Numbered from the stretch's first letter, positions 43,993 to 53,134 are shown. The stretch is DNA of 64,000 nt from Candidatus Stercoripulliclostridium merdipullorum (GCA_018713745.1 DVOH01000057.1:6544-70543), one strand, 5' to 3'. A program made the numbers and translations. The notes: generated by a model not told the origin, from the letters alone.

Positions 43993-46056
43993 ATGGCAGT
44001 TTTCCACAAAGAGAAAATCAGAAATATTGCCCTGATCGGGCACAGCGGCGAGGGCAAGACCTCCCTTCTGGAAGCAATTCTGTATACGACCAAAGCGATT
44101 GACCGTCTCGGAAAAGTCGACGAAGGCTCTTCGGTATCGGACTACGACCAGGAAGAAATCAGCCGTCGGATGTCCATCAGCCTTTCGATGGCATATACCA
44201 CTTATAAAGATTACAAGATCAACATTTTGGACGTTCCCGGATTTTTCGATTTCGAAGGGGAACTGGTTGCCGCGCTTTCGGTGGCGGACGGCGCGATTGT
44301 CGTGACGGGCGCGACGGGTACGCTTTCGGTCGGTGCCGAAAAAGCGATCGACTACTGCTTGGAGCAGGGGATTGCGACCATGGTATGGGTCAACGGCGTC
44401 AACCGTGAAAACAGCGATTATCTCAAGACTGTAGAAGCGATCAAAGAGCGTTACGGCAACAAGATCGTCAAGATCGAATTGCCGATTATGGAAGGCAATG
44501 TGATGAAAGGATTTGTCGACGTTCTGGAAGGCAAGGCGTTTGACGACAAAAAGAACGAAATCGCCATTCCCGCCAATCTGCAGGACGCCTATGCCGAAGC
44601 CGAAGCCGAACTTTTGGAAGCGGCGGCGGAGTCCAGTGACGAACTGCTCGAAAAATTCTTCGGCGGCGAAGCGCTGACGGGTGACGAAAAGCGCAGCGGA
44701 ATCAAAGCGCGCACGGTCAGTGCCGAGATTATTCCCGTTTTGGCAGGCGTAGCGATCGGCAACTGCAATATCACCAATCTTCTCGATCATATCGTGGCGA
44801 TGTTCCCCGCCGCGGACGAAGTCAAGGCAAAACCTTACACCAAACTCGGGGACGGCAGCAAAGGCGAACTGATCGTCAGCGAAGACGGCAAATTTGCGGC
44901 ACAAGTTTTCAAAACGATTGTCGACCCGTTTGTCGGGAAACTGTTGATGTTCAAAGTTTATCGCGGCAAAATCGCATCGGGCGACACCGCATACAATTCG
45001 AGAGCGGACGAAACCGAAAAGATCAGCGCATTGTACATTCTGCGCGGCAAAAAGCAAGACGGCGTGGACGCGTTGTATGCAGGGGACATCGGCGCGCTTG
45101 CAAAACTCAATTACACTTCGACGGGCGACACCCTTTGCGACCCCTCCGAAAAGATTGCGTTCGACGCCATTGATTTCCCGCTTCCCGTGATTGCGATGGC
45201 AGTATCCGCCGTTGACAAAAACAGCGAAGAAAAAGTCATTGCGGGCTTTACCAAACTGCTCGAAGAAGACAGCACCTTCAAACTCGAGAAAAACGCCGAA
45301 ACCAACGAAATGCTGATCAGCGGTCTGGGCGAAATGCAACTCGATATTCTCTGCAAAAAAGTCAAAAACAAATTCGGCGTCGAAGCGATTCTCAAAGAAC
45401 CGCGTATTTCTTACCGCGAAACCATCAAAAAGAAAGTGGAAGCCGAAGGCAAGCACAAAAAACAATCGGGCGGTGCGGGACAGTTCGGTCAATGTACCAT
45501 CCGTTTCGAGCCGGGTGCCGCGGACGGCGAATTTGAGTTTGTCGACGAAGTCGTCGGCGGCGTAATTCCGCGTCAGTACATTCCCGCAGTCGAAAAGGGT
45601 CTGCGCGAAGCCATCAAAAAAGGGATTCTTGCCGGCTACCCGATGGTCAACCTGAAGTGTACGGTATTCGACGGAAAATATCACCCCGTCGACTCCAAAG
45701 AAATCGCCTTTATCACGGCGGCGAAACTTGCTTATGCCGACGGTCTTGCCAAGGCAAATCCCGTCTTCCTCGAGCCGATCATGACCGTCAAAGTCACCGT
45801 GCCCGAAAGCTACATGGGTGACATTCTCGGCGATCTCAATAAGCGCAGAGGCCGCATTCTCGGCATGGATACCGTTGACGGCAAATCGGTGATCAACGCC
45901 GAAGTTCCGCAAGGCGAAATGGCGCGTTACGCAACCGATCTCCGTTCGATGACGCAAGGAAGAGGCAAGTTTGTCATGACCTTCGAGCGGTACGAAGAGG
46001 TGCCGTCCACGTTGGCGGCAAAAATCATCGAAGACGCCAAAAAAGCGCAGGCATAG
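43993..46056 (+). CDS. Elongation factor G-family GTPase (stand-alone paralogue)
   Basis: G1 GHSGEGKTS, DVPGF, and domains II-V colinear with EF-G. It is not in an rpsL-rpsG-fusA-tuf context. Confidence 0.85.
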   Translation: MAVFHKEKIRNIALIGHSGEGKTSLLEAILYTTKAIDRLGKVDEGSSVSDYDQEEISRRMSISLSMAYTTYKDYKINILDVPGFFDFEGELVAALSVADGAIVVTGATGTLSVGAEKAIDYCLEQGIATMVWVNGVNRENSDYLKTVEAIKERYGNKIVKIELPIMEGNVMKGFVDVLEGKAFDDKKNEIAIPANLQDAYAEAEAELLEAAAESSDELLEKFFGGEALTGDEKRSGIKARTVSAEIIPVLAGVAIGNCNITNLLDHIVAMFPAADEVKAKPYTKLGDGSKGELIVSEDGKFAAQVFKTIVDPFVGKLLMFKVYRGKIASGDTAYNSRADETEKISALYILRGKKQDGVDALYAGDIGALAKLNYTSTGDTLCDPSEKIAFDAIDFPLPVIAMAVSAVDKNSEEKVIAGFTKLLEEDSTFKLEKNAETNEMLISGLGEMQLDILCKKVKNKFGVEAILKEPRISYRETIKKKVEAEGKHKKQSGGAGQFGQCTIRFEPGAADGEFEFVDEVVGGVIPRQYIPAVEKGLREAIKKGILAGYPMVNLKCTVFDGKYHPVDSKEIAFITAAKLAYADGLAKANPVFLEPIMTVKVTVPESYMGDILGDLNKRRGRILGMDTVDGKSVINAEVPQGEMARYATDLRSMTQGRGKFVMTFERYEEVPSTLAAKIIEDAKKAQA

Positions 46057-46071
46057 TTCAAAACGCGATGC

Positions 46072-46101
46072 AAAAGGGAGAACCGCGGTTCTCCCTTTTT
46101 G
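46072..46101 (+). terminator. Intrinsic terminator after the EF-G-like gene
   Basis: GGGAGAACC / GGTTCTCCC stem followed by TTTTT. Confidence 0.75.
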
Positions 46102-46118
46102 TCACCATAGGAGGAGAT

Positions 46119-47339
46119 ATGATCGATCGGACCGATCGGAAGGGGCGCAAAATCAGTCAGTTGGGATTCGGCGTTATGCGCATTCCGAGAATTGCCGGAA
46201 GCAAAGAGATCGACGTAGCACGATCGGTTGCGTTGCTGAGAGAGGCATACGCGAAGGGAATCAACTACTTCGATACCGCGTATATTTATGACGGCGGAAA
46301 AAACGAAGAGGTTCTCGGCGAGGCGGTCAAGCCTTTCCGCAAAGAGATTGCCATCGCCACCAAAATTCCGCCTTATATGGTGCGCAGTCCCGGTGACTTT
46401 GACCGGGTGCTGAACAAAAGTCTCTCCCGTCTCAAAACCGACTATATCGACTATTACCTCGTACATGCCATGATGGACTTCGATTCCTTCGAGCGGCTGG
46501 AGGCGATGGGATTTTCCGATTGGGTCCGGCAGAAGAAGGAAGCGGGGACAATCATCAATATCGGATTTTCCTTTCACGGGAAGTGTGACGATTTTATTAA
46601 AATCATCGACGCGTACGACTGGGATTTTTGTCAGATACAGTACAACTACTGGGACATCAATTTTCAGGCGGGACAGCGCGGGCTGGATTACGCGTCCCAA
46701 AAAGGGGTCCCCGTAATCGTCATGGAGCCGCTACGCGGCGGCACGCTGATTACGGCGCAACCGCCCGAAGCGATGGACGCATTCAAGGCTTGCCACCCCG
46801 AGCGGACGATGGCGGAATGGGGACTTCGGTTTGTCTGGGATCAGCCCGGCGTATTGACGGTATTGTCGGGGATGAGCGACGAAAAGCAGCTTGCCGAAAA
46901 TCTGTTGACGGCAGAAACCGCTACGCCTCTGTCGCTTACGCCCGAAGAACGTGCCTGTTACGAAACCAGCCGTCTTACGGTGCTGTCGAAGCAAAGCATC
47001 GGTTGCACGGGGTGCGGATATTGCCAACCTTGCCCGTACGGCGTCGCAATCCCGGGATGTTTCTCGTCCTATAACGACTACAAACTGTTCCACAGACTCA
47101 ACTGGAGGATCAAATATATCTGGACGGTAGGGGGACTTTCGGCAAATCCCGGCTTTGCTTCGCAATGCAGGGCATGCGGCGCATGCGAAAAAAAATGTCC
47201 GCAAGGATTGCCGATCATCAAACTGCTTCAAACGGTCAGGCGGCAATTCGAGTTTCCGCTGATGATTCCCGTCCTCAGACTGATCGGCAAAGTCAAACGC
47301 CGCAAAGCCGAACGGAAAAAAGCGGCAAAAAACGTTTAA
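46119..47339 (+). CDS. Aldo/keto reductase with C-terminal 2x[4Fe-4S] ferredoxin-like extension
   Basis: Start at MIDRTDRKG (GGAGGAG upstream; the track start lies inside the terminator). Has AKR motifs FDTAYIYDGG.NE and two Cys clusters, CTGCGYCQPCP and CRACGACEKKCP. Confidence 0.85.
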   Translation: MIDRTDRKGRKISQLGFGVMRIPRIAGSKEIDVARSVALLREAYAKGINYFDTAYIYDGGKNEEVLGEAVKPFRKEIAIATKIPPYMVRSPGDFDRVLNKSLSRLKTDYIDYYLVHAMMDFDSFERLEAMGFSDWVRQKKEAGTIINIGFSFHGKCDDFIKIIDAYDWDFCQIQYNYWDINFQAGQRGLDYASQKGVPVIVMEPLRGGTLITAQPPEAMDAFKACHPERTMAEWGLRFVWDQPGVLTVLSGMSDEKQLAENLLTAETATPLSLTPEERACYETSRLTVLSKQSIGCTGCGYCQPCPYGVAIPGCFSSYNDYKLFHRLNWRIKYIWTVGGLSANPGFASQCRACGACEKKCPQGLPIIKLLQTVRRQFEFPLMIPVLRLIGKVKRRKAERKKAAKNV

Positions 47340-47359
47340 CCGGTTTATGCAGAAATCAT

Positions 47360-47392
47360 AAAAAAGCGAGAACGTGCGTTCTCGCTTTTTTT
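47360..47392. terminator. Bidirectional intrinsic terminator between convergent genes
   Basis: 10-bp stem AGCGAGAACG / CGTTCTCGCT flanked by an A-run and a T-run. Confidence 0.75.
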
Positions 47393-47424
47393 GTTCGATC
47401 GGCTGTCGGGTTTGGGACGACCGG

Positions 47425-48603
47425 TCAGATGCGCGCAACGCCCGATGCTCTTGCCGCTTCGGCGACGGCTTTGGCAACCGTCGGACCGACGCGAGGATCA
47501 AACGCCTTGGGCAGGATATAATCGGCACTGAGTTCTTCGTCCGAAACCAGCGAGGCGATTGCCTTGGCTGCGGCGATTTTCATTTCTTCGTTGATGTCCT
47601 TTGCGCGGACGTCCAGCGCACCGCGGAAAATGCCGGGGAACGCCAGTACGTTGTTGATCTGGTTGGGGAAGTCGCTGCGTCCCGTGCCGACAACGGCGGC
47701 ACCCGCTTTGCGTGCGAGGTCGGGCATGATTTCGGGGACGGGGTTTGCCATAGCCATAACGATGGCGTCCTTTGCCATCGAGGCGACCATCGCTTCGGTT
47801 GCGACGTTGGGCGCGCTGACACCGACAAAGATATCGGCGCCTTTCATGGCGTCGGCAAGCGTACCTTTCTTGAAGGTGCGGTTGGTATAGGTGGCGACTT
47901 CGGCTTTGTCGGGGGCGAGGGTTTCGTCACCTTCGCAGATGATCCCTTTGCGGTCGCACATAATGACATCCTTGATGCCCATGCTGAGGAACAGTTTGGC
48001 AATGGCAACGCCTGCCGCACCCGCTCCGCTGAAGACGGCGGTGCAGTCTTTCAGGTCTTTTTTGACGAGTTTCAGGGCGTTGGTCACTGCTGCGGCGCAG
48101 ACAACGGCGGTACCGTGCTGGTCGTCGTGGAAGATCGGGATATCGGTGCATTCTTTCAGTTTGCGTTCGATCTCGAAGCAACGCGGCGCCGCAATGTCTT
48201 CAAGGTTGATGCCGCCGAACGAGCCAGAGATCAGCGAGATCGTACGGACGATTTCGTCCACGTCCTTGGAGCGGACGCAGAGGGGGAAGGCGTCGACGTC
48301 GCCAAACGCTTTGAAGAGCACGCATTTGCCTTCCATAACGGGCATGCCCGCTTCGGGTCCGATGTCGCCAAGACCGAGAACCGCCGTTCCGTCGGTGACG
48401 ACGGCAACCAGATTCCAGCGACGGGTCAGTTCGTAACTCAAGTCAACGTTGTCTTTGATCTCGAGGCAGGGCTGAGCGACGCCGGGGGTATAGGCAAGCG
48501 ATAATTCTTCTTTGTTGGTCACGGCAGCGCGCGGGACGACTTCGATTTTGCCTTTCCACTGATAGTGCAGTTTAAGGGACTCTTTTGCGTAATCCATTGT
48601 CAT
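47425..48603 (-). CDS. NAD(P)-dependent malic enzyme (short form)
   Basis: LSLAYTPGVA, VTDGTAVLGLGDIG, FGGINLEDI and the GAGAAG Rossmann motif. Confidence 0.9.
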   Translation of the reverse strand: MTMDYAKESLKLHYQWKGKIEVVPRAAVTNKEELSLAYTPGVAQPCLEIKDNVDLSYELTRRWNLVAVVTDGTAVLGLGDIGPEAGMPVMEGKCVLFKAFGDVDAFPLCVRSKDVDEIVRTISLISGSFGGINLEDIAAPRCFEIERKLKECTDIPIFHDDQHGTAVVCAAAVTNALKLVKKDLKDCTAVFSGAGAAGVAIAKLFLSMGIKDVIMCDRKGIICEGDETLAPDKAEVATYTNRTFKKGTLADAMKGADIFVGVSAPNVATEAMVASMAKDAIVMAMANPVPEIMPDLARKAGAAVVGTGRSDFPNQINNVLAFPGIFRGALDVRAKDINEEMKIAAAKAIASLVSDEELSADYILPKAFDPRVGPTVAKAVAEAARASGVARI

Positions 48604-48646
48604 ATTCTCCTTATTCGGGTATCCTTTTTGGCTGATAAGGGACGCC

Positions 48647-49756
48647 TTATGCTTCCCACGGGAATTTGTATTGGGTCAGTTTGAGATCGTCGCGGACCTT
48701 GACCAGTTCTTTTTGAACGGCTTCGTTGATCGGAACGCCGCTGTCTTTGCGTTCGCACCAGACCAGCCATTCTTTTTCGCCTGCGGTAAAGATGTGATCT
48801 TCGCCGGGTGCTTTGGTCGAGGCGCGCAGCGCACGCATAATATCGCCTGCCGTCTTCTTGAACGCGTCCAGGCCCATAAAGGCTTCGGTGTCGATGGCGA
48901 TAAAGAAGTGTCCGAGATGATAGGGAACTTTTTTGCCGCCTTCGCCGATGCCGGAGAGCATTTTGAGATAGTTGCCTTGTTGGAGTGCCGCCGAAAGCAC
49001 TTCGACGATGGTCGCGTATCCGTAGCCTTTGTATCCGGCAAGTTCTTCGCCGATGCCGCCGAGCGGAGCAAGCGCCGCTTCCCCGGTGTTGAGTTCGACC
49101 AGGATTTTGTCGGTGTCGGTTTTGGCTTTGCCGTCTCTGCCGATGACCATGCCTTCGGGCGTCGCTTTGCCGATGCGGCTATAGTATTCGAGCTTGCCGC
49201 GTTGGGTGATCGACGTGGCGCAGTCGAGAACGAAGGGGAATTCTTCGTCGGTCGGGAAGCCCACGGTCAGCGGATTGGTGCCCAGCATGTTTTCGACGCC
49301 GAACGTCGGAGCGATCGAAGGACGTGCGTTGGTGCCGGTAATCCCGATCATTCCTTCTTTGATCGCCATGCTTGCGTAATATCCCGCGATGCCGTAATGG
49401 CAGCTGTTGCGGACGGCAACCATACCCATTCCGTACTTTTTGGCTTTTTCGATTGCCATTTTCATTGCCTTGTAACCGATCACCTGACCCATTCCGTCAT
49501 GACCGTCGACCACGGCGGTAGTGGGGGTTTCGCGCAGGATTTCGAAGTTGGTCACAGGGTTCTGAATCCCGATGTTAATGCGGTCGATATAGATGGGTTT
49601 GAAGCGGTTGACGCCGTGAGATTCGATGCCGCGGCGATCGGATTCGATCAGGACGTCGGCGCAGATTTCGGCATCTTCGCGCGGGACACCGACACCCACG
49701 AAAGCGTCGGTTACGAAATCGGTGATGGTTTTCCAGTCAACGACAATTTTAGGCAT
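48647..49756 (-). CDS. Ldh_2-family (malate/L-lactate/sulfolactate-type) dehydrogenase
   Basis: ESHGVNRF, NPL..GFP and GYKGYG motifs of the type-2 malate/lactate dehydrogenase family. Confidence 0.8.
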   Translation of the reverse strand: MPKIVVDWKTITDFVTDAFVGVGVPREDAEICADVLIESDRRGIESHGVNRFKPIYIDRINIGIQNPVTNFEILRETPTTAVVDGHDGMGQVIGYKAMKMAIEKAKKYGMGMVAVRNSCHYGIAGYYASMAIKEGMIGITGTNARPSIAPTFGVENMLGTNPLTVGFPTDEEFPFVLDCATSITQRGKLEYYSRIGKATPEGMVIGRDGKAKTDTDKILVELNTGEAALAPLGGIGEELAGYKGYGYATIVEVLSAALQQGNYLKMLSGIGEGGKKVPYHLGHFFIAIDTEAFMGLDAFKKTAGDIMRALRASTKAPGEDHIFTAGEKEWLVWCERKDSGVPINEAVQKELVKVRDDLKLTQYKFPWEA

Positions 49757-49861
49757 AACAAGGACTCCTTATTAAATTATTTTCTGACTATAATGATATC
49801 ACGGAAACGGCGCTTCGTCAAACGGGGCGACCACTTTTCCGCGAAATGTGAAAGGAAAGAA

Positions 49862-49890
49862 TTGAAAATCCGATCGGGAAGGAGTATAAT
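49862..49890 (+). promoter_or_regulatory. Sigma-A-like promoter
   Basis: TTGAAA (49862-49867), 17 nt, TATAAT (49885-49890). Confidence 0.5.
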
Positions 49891-49954
49891 GGTAAAAACG
49901 CTAAGGACGAGGCGCAACCTGCTTCAAATCAAACCTTGCGTCAATAGGAGAAAT

Positions 49955-50767
49955 ATGTCGGAGTGCGATCATAATTGTTCCACCTGCAGTGCAAACTGCG
50001 ATCAGAAGTCGATGGTCGAAAAGACGCACGAACTTTCGTTTGTCAAAAAAGTGGTTGCCGTCGTGTCGGGGAAAGGCGGCGTCGGCAAATCGCTTGTAAC
50101 GGGGCTGCTTGCCTCGCTTTCGCAAAAAAGCGGATTCAAGACGGCGGTACTTGACGCCGATATCACGGGCCCGTCGATTCCCCGGATGTTCGGGATTCGC
50201 GGGGGCGTCGAAGGGGATGACGTCGGGATCTATCCGCGCCGTACCAAAAGCGGTATCAAAGTAATCAGCGCCAACCTGCTTTTGGAGCAGGAAACCGATC
50301 CCGTACTGTGGCGCGGACCGATCATTGCGGGCATGGTCAAACAGTTCTGGACGGACGTGATCTGGGACGAAGTCGACTTTATGTTTGTCGATATGCCCCC
50401 GGGAACGGGAGACGTACCGCTGACGGTATTCCAGTCCCTTAAAATCGACGGAATCATCGTAGTGACTTCGCCGCAGGAACTGGTGACGATGATCGTCGAA
50501 AAAGCGGTCAAAATGGCAAATATGATGAAGATCCCCATCCTCGGCGTAGTCGAAAATATGAGTTATGTCAAATGCCCCGAATGCGGCGGCAAGATCGATC
50601 TTTACGGGAGCAGCAAAATCGATCAGGTCGCAACGGATTTTCATCTTAAAGTGCTGGGCAGACTGCCGATCGATCCCGCCATTGCGAAGGCATGCGACGA
50701 AGGACGTGTGGAAGAGGTCGTGACGAGCGATCTCGACGCGGCGATGGTCGCAATCAAATCGCTATGA
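49955..50767 (+). CDS. Mrp/NBP35 (ApbC)-family iron-sulfur cluster carrier ATPase
   Basis: N-terminal Cys-rich MSECDHNCSTCSANC, deviant Walker A SGKGGVGKS and the CPxC motif (CPECGG). An alternative in-frame ATG is at 49889. Confidence 0.85.
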   Translation: MSECDHNCSTCSANCDQKSMVEKTHELSFVKKVVAVVSGKGGVGKSLVTGLLASLSQKSGFKTAVLDADITGPSIPRMFGIRGGVEGDDVGIYPRRTKSGIKVISANLLLEQETDPVLWRGPIIAGMVKQFWTDVIWDEVDFMFVDMPPGTGDVPLTVFQSLKIDGIIVVTSPQELVTMIVEKAVKMANMMKIPILGVVENMSYVKCPECGGKIDLYGSSKIDQVATDFHLKVLGRLPIDPAIAKACDEGRVEEVVTSDLDAAMVAIKSL

Positions 50768-51441
50768 ACGGCAAGGACGTAACAAGCCTTCTGAACGGAA
50801 CGGAGTTGCTTGCGATCCTGAGCGATCAGGAGCGCGAGCGGCTTGCCGAAGGGGTCAGCGCGACGTCGTTTCCCAAAGGCAGCCGAATCGTTGCAGGGCA
50901 GGGTTGCGCGGGGATTCTGTTTGTCCGCAAAGGGCGTCTAAGAGTCTATTTGGTATCCGAAAAAGGCAGAGATATTACCCTATACTTCATAGAACCGGGC
51001 GAGATCTGCGTGCTGAGCGCGTCCTGTGTGATTTCGGCAATCGCCTTTCAGGTTGAGATCGAGGCGGAAGAAGATACCGAAGCAATCCGTATCGCGGGGG
51101 ACGTCTATGCCGCTCTCCAAAAAAACAACCTCAGGCTCGAAAATTATACCCTGAGGTTGACGGTTGACCGGTTTAACGACGTGATGTGGTCGATGCAGCA
51201 ACTGCTGTTTTTCAATATGGATCAGCGGATTGCAACGTATTTGTATGACGAGTGCGGCAAGCGCGGGACGACCGAACTGTTGGCGACGCACGAAAGCATT
51301 GCCCGCAGTATCGGATCAGCGCGAGAGGTGGTGTCGCGCGTACTGAAGCAGTTTGCGCGCGAAAACATTGTCGTCGTCGGCCGCGGAAAAATCACCGTTT
51401 TGGACGAAAGAAAACTTGCCGAAAAAATCGATCAGATCTGA
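50764..51441 (+). CDS. Crp/Fnr-family transcriptional regulator
   Basis: ATGA overlap with the mrp stop. Has a cNMP-binding-like beta-roll and a C-terminal HTH (THESIARSIGSAREVVSRVLKQF). Confidence 0.85.
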   Translation: MNGKDVTSLLNGTELLAILSDQERERLAEGVSATSFPKGSRIVAGQGCAGILFVRKGRLRVYLVSEKGRDITLYFIEPGEICVLSASCVISAIAFQVEIEAEEDTEAIRIAGDVYAALQKNNLRLENYTLRLTVDRFNDVMWSMQQLLFFNMDQRIATYLYDECGKRGTTELLATHESIARSIGSAREVVSRVLKQFARENIVVVGRGKITVLDERKLAEKIDQI

Positions 51442-51743
51442 CTGAATTTTTTGAGCGCATCCTTCGAGAGCATGCCGACCGATTTGGAGACGGGTTTGCC
51501 GTCTTTGATCATATACAGCGTGGGGATGGACATGACGCCGAACGCCTGTGCCACGCCGGGTGCCTGATCGACGTCGACCTTGACGACCTTGACCGCATCC
51601 TGCGACATAGCAAACTCTTCGAGGATGGGGGCAAGGGCGCGGCAGGGTCCGCACCAGGTGGCAAAAAAGTCCACCAATACCGGTTTATCGCTTTTGAGTA
51701 CTTCTTGTTCGAAATCTTGTTGAGAGACGTGTAATACGTTCAT
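51432..51743 (-). CDS. trxA: Thioredoxin
   Basis: WCGPC active site; 103 aa. Confidence 0.9.
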   Translation of the reverse strand: MNVLHVSQQDFEQEVLKSDKPVLVDFFATWCGPCRALAPILEEFAMSQDAVKVVKVDVDQAPGVAQAFGVMSIPTLYMIKDGKPVSKSVGMLSKDALKKFSQI

Positions 51744-51836
51744 CGGGATTACCTCCGTTTGTGTTTTCTGTTACCATTATATCCCTTCCGCGCCGAAAAA
51801 TATGTGATAATGTTACAATCGGCGGGGGAGGGGATG

Positions 51837-52637
51837 TTATTTCCGTTCGAGATACATGATATATGCCCCTTCGTTGCCTTGAATGGGGCGCCGTCCGACT
51901 TTGAAGTCGCGCAGCTCGGGCAGGAGCTTTTCGATCAGTTTGCTGACGGTTTCGCACCCGAAGTTCTGGGGCACGAAGTCGGAATATTTTGCCTTCATCA
52001 TCACATTGATTTTGGTGTAAAGCGCCGTTCCGTCTTCGTCGATCAGACTGTTGACGATATCTTTCAGCGCCTTGTGCTGCTCGCGGCTCAGCAAATACCG
52101 TTTGCGCGGCTCGCGTCCGTCGTTCTGCCTGGGTTCGGGCTTCGTTTTGACGACGGGCTTTTCGGGTTCTTTGTCTTCCTTTTCGTCCTTCTCCTGTCCT
52201 TCTTCGGCTTCTCCGAGATAAAAGAATTCCGAAAACGCATTGACAAATGCCTTAACTGCGTTGCGCGATCCCATTCCGACAACGGTTTTGCCGCGTTCGC
52301 GCAGTTCCTGAACCAGGCGGGTGAAGTCGGAGTCGCTCGATACCAGGCAGAAAATATCGATGTCCCGTTCAAACAACAAGACCATGGCGTCGATGATCAG
52401 GGACAGGTCGCTGCTGTTCTTTTTGGAAGCAAAGCTGAATTGCTGTTTGGTCGTGATGCTGAACTCCGCAATCTGCTCTTTCCAGCCGCTGACGTTGCGA
52501 CGGCTCCAGTCGGCAAAAATGCGTTTTACAACGATTTCGCCGTAATTGCTCATGGTATCGAAAATTTGTTTTGCGTGCTTGCTTGCGGCGTTTTCGGCGT
52601 CGATCAGCACGGCTACTTTTTTGTTGATTTTTTCCAT
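51837..52637 (-). CDS. NYN (LabA-like) nuclease-fold domain + acidic linker + OST-HTH/LOTUS domain protein
   Basis: VAVLIDAEN, the DLSLIIDAM..... motif and LVSSDSDFT (NYN acidic residues). These are followed by an E/K/D-rich linker and a C-terminal ~70-aa LOTUS-like block. Confidence 0.7.
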   Translation of the reverse strand: MEKINKKVAVLIDAENAASKHAKQIFDTMSNYGEIVVKRIFADWSRRNVSGWKEQIAEFSITTKQQFSFASKKNSSDLSLIIDAMVLLFERDIDIFCLVSSDSDFTRLVQELRERGKTVVGMGSRNAVKAFVNAFSEFFYLGEAEEGQEKDEKEDKEPEKPVVKTKPEPRQNDGREPRKRYLLSREQHKALKDIVNSLIDEDGTALYTKINVMMKAKYSDFVPQNFGCETVSKLIEKLLPELRDFKVGRRPIQGNEGAYIMYLERK

Positions 52638-52745
52638 AACTCTCCTTATGCGATGGGGTTTCGGATATCATACCGCTTGACGGCGGAAGAAAACGGACGG
52701 CGCTTGTCCCGTCTTGCCGAACGGCGGAAAACTTTGTCGATTTGG

Positions 52746-52776
52746 CAAAAAACAGCTTCGGACGAAGCTGTTTTTG
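52746..52776. terminator. Bidirectional intrinsic terminator downstream of the tRNA pair
   Basis: CAGCTTCG / CGAAGCTG stem flanked by an A-run and a T-run. Confidence 0.65.
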
Positions 52777-52853
52777 TGGTCGAGGTGACGGGATTTGAAC
52801 CCATGGCCTCTTGGTCCCGAACCAAGCGCGCTACCAAACTGCGCTACACCTCG
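52777..52853 (-). tRNA. tRNA-Pro (anticodon CGG), CCA encoded
   Basis: Hand-folded from CGAGGTGTAGCGCAGTTTGGTAGCGCGCTTGGTTCGGGACCAAGAGGCCATGGGTTCAAATCCCGTCACCTCGACCA. Anticodon loop is UUCGGGA. Confidence 0.9.
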
Positions 52854-52860
52854 ATATTTG

Positions 52861-52884
52861 ATGCGCCCGCAAAAACGGGCGCAT
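52861..52884 (-). other. Perfect 9-bp hairpin in the tRNA-Leu/tRNA-Pro spacer
   Basis: ATGCGCCCG CAAAAA CGGGCGCAT. No U-tract on the transcribed strand. Confidence 0.6.
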
Positions 52885-52889
52885 CCGAT

Positions 52890-52975
52890 TGGTGCCGAAG
52901 GCGGGACTTGAACCCGCACGATGTCGCCATCAGCGGATTTTGAGTCCGCCGCGTCTGCCATTCCACCACTTCGGC
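52890..52975 (-). tRNA. tRNA-Leu (anticodon CAA), long variable arm, CCA encoded
   Basis: Hand-folded from GCCGAAGTGGTGGAATGGCAGACGCGGCGGACTCAAAATCCGCTGATGGCGACATCGTGCGGGTTCAAGTCCCGCCTTCGGCACCA. Anticodon loop is CUCAAAA. Confidence 0.9.
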
Positions 52976-53098
52976 TTTCGTACGCAACCTATCTTACCAT
53001 ACTTTGCCGCGGTTTGCAACTGGTTTCATCAATTTCGTCTTAAAATAACAAACCGATTCGCGTGAAGACGCATCCCGCGGGGTTTGGAAGCTTTGCGG

Positions 53099-53128
53099 TT
53101 GCAAAATCGCTCCCGCTTGTGTTATACT
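53099..53128 (+). promoter_or_regulatory. Sigma-A-like extended -10 promoter abutting a start codon
   Basis: TTGCAA (53099-53104), 18-nt spacer ending in TGt, TATACT (53123-53128), then 6 nt to ATG 53135. Confidence 0.45.
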
Positions 53129-53134
53129 TACAAT

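Noticed and set aside
43753-45957. 734-aa minus-strand ORF antisense to the EF-G-like gene
   Set aside because: It is a shadow ORF. The plus strand encodes a complete EF-G-family GTPase with its own promoter region and terminator.
48671-49954. N-terminal 428 aa of track ORF 48671..50767 (plus strand)
   Set aside because: This part is antisense to the well-supported Ldh_2-family gene. Only the last 270 codons, from ATG 49955 (with RBS and an upstream promoter), look like a real Mrp/NBP35 protein.
49889-49954. Alternative earlier start (ATG 49889, preceded by GGAAGGAG) for the Mrp/NBP35 gene
   Set aside because: That ATG overlaps the predicted -10 box of the only good promoter, and the added 22 residues are basic and not family-like. 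This remains possible and would need N-terminal data.
51759-52943. 394-aa plus-strand ORF spanning the NYN gene and both tRNA genes
   Set aside because: It runs antisense through a well-supported CDS and through two tRNA genes, so it is not plausible as coding.
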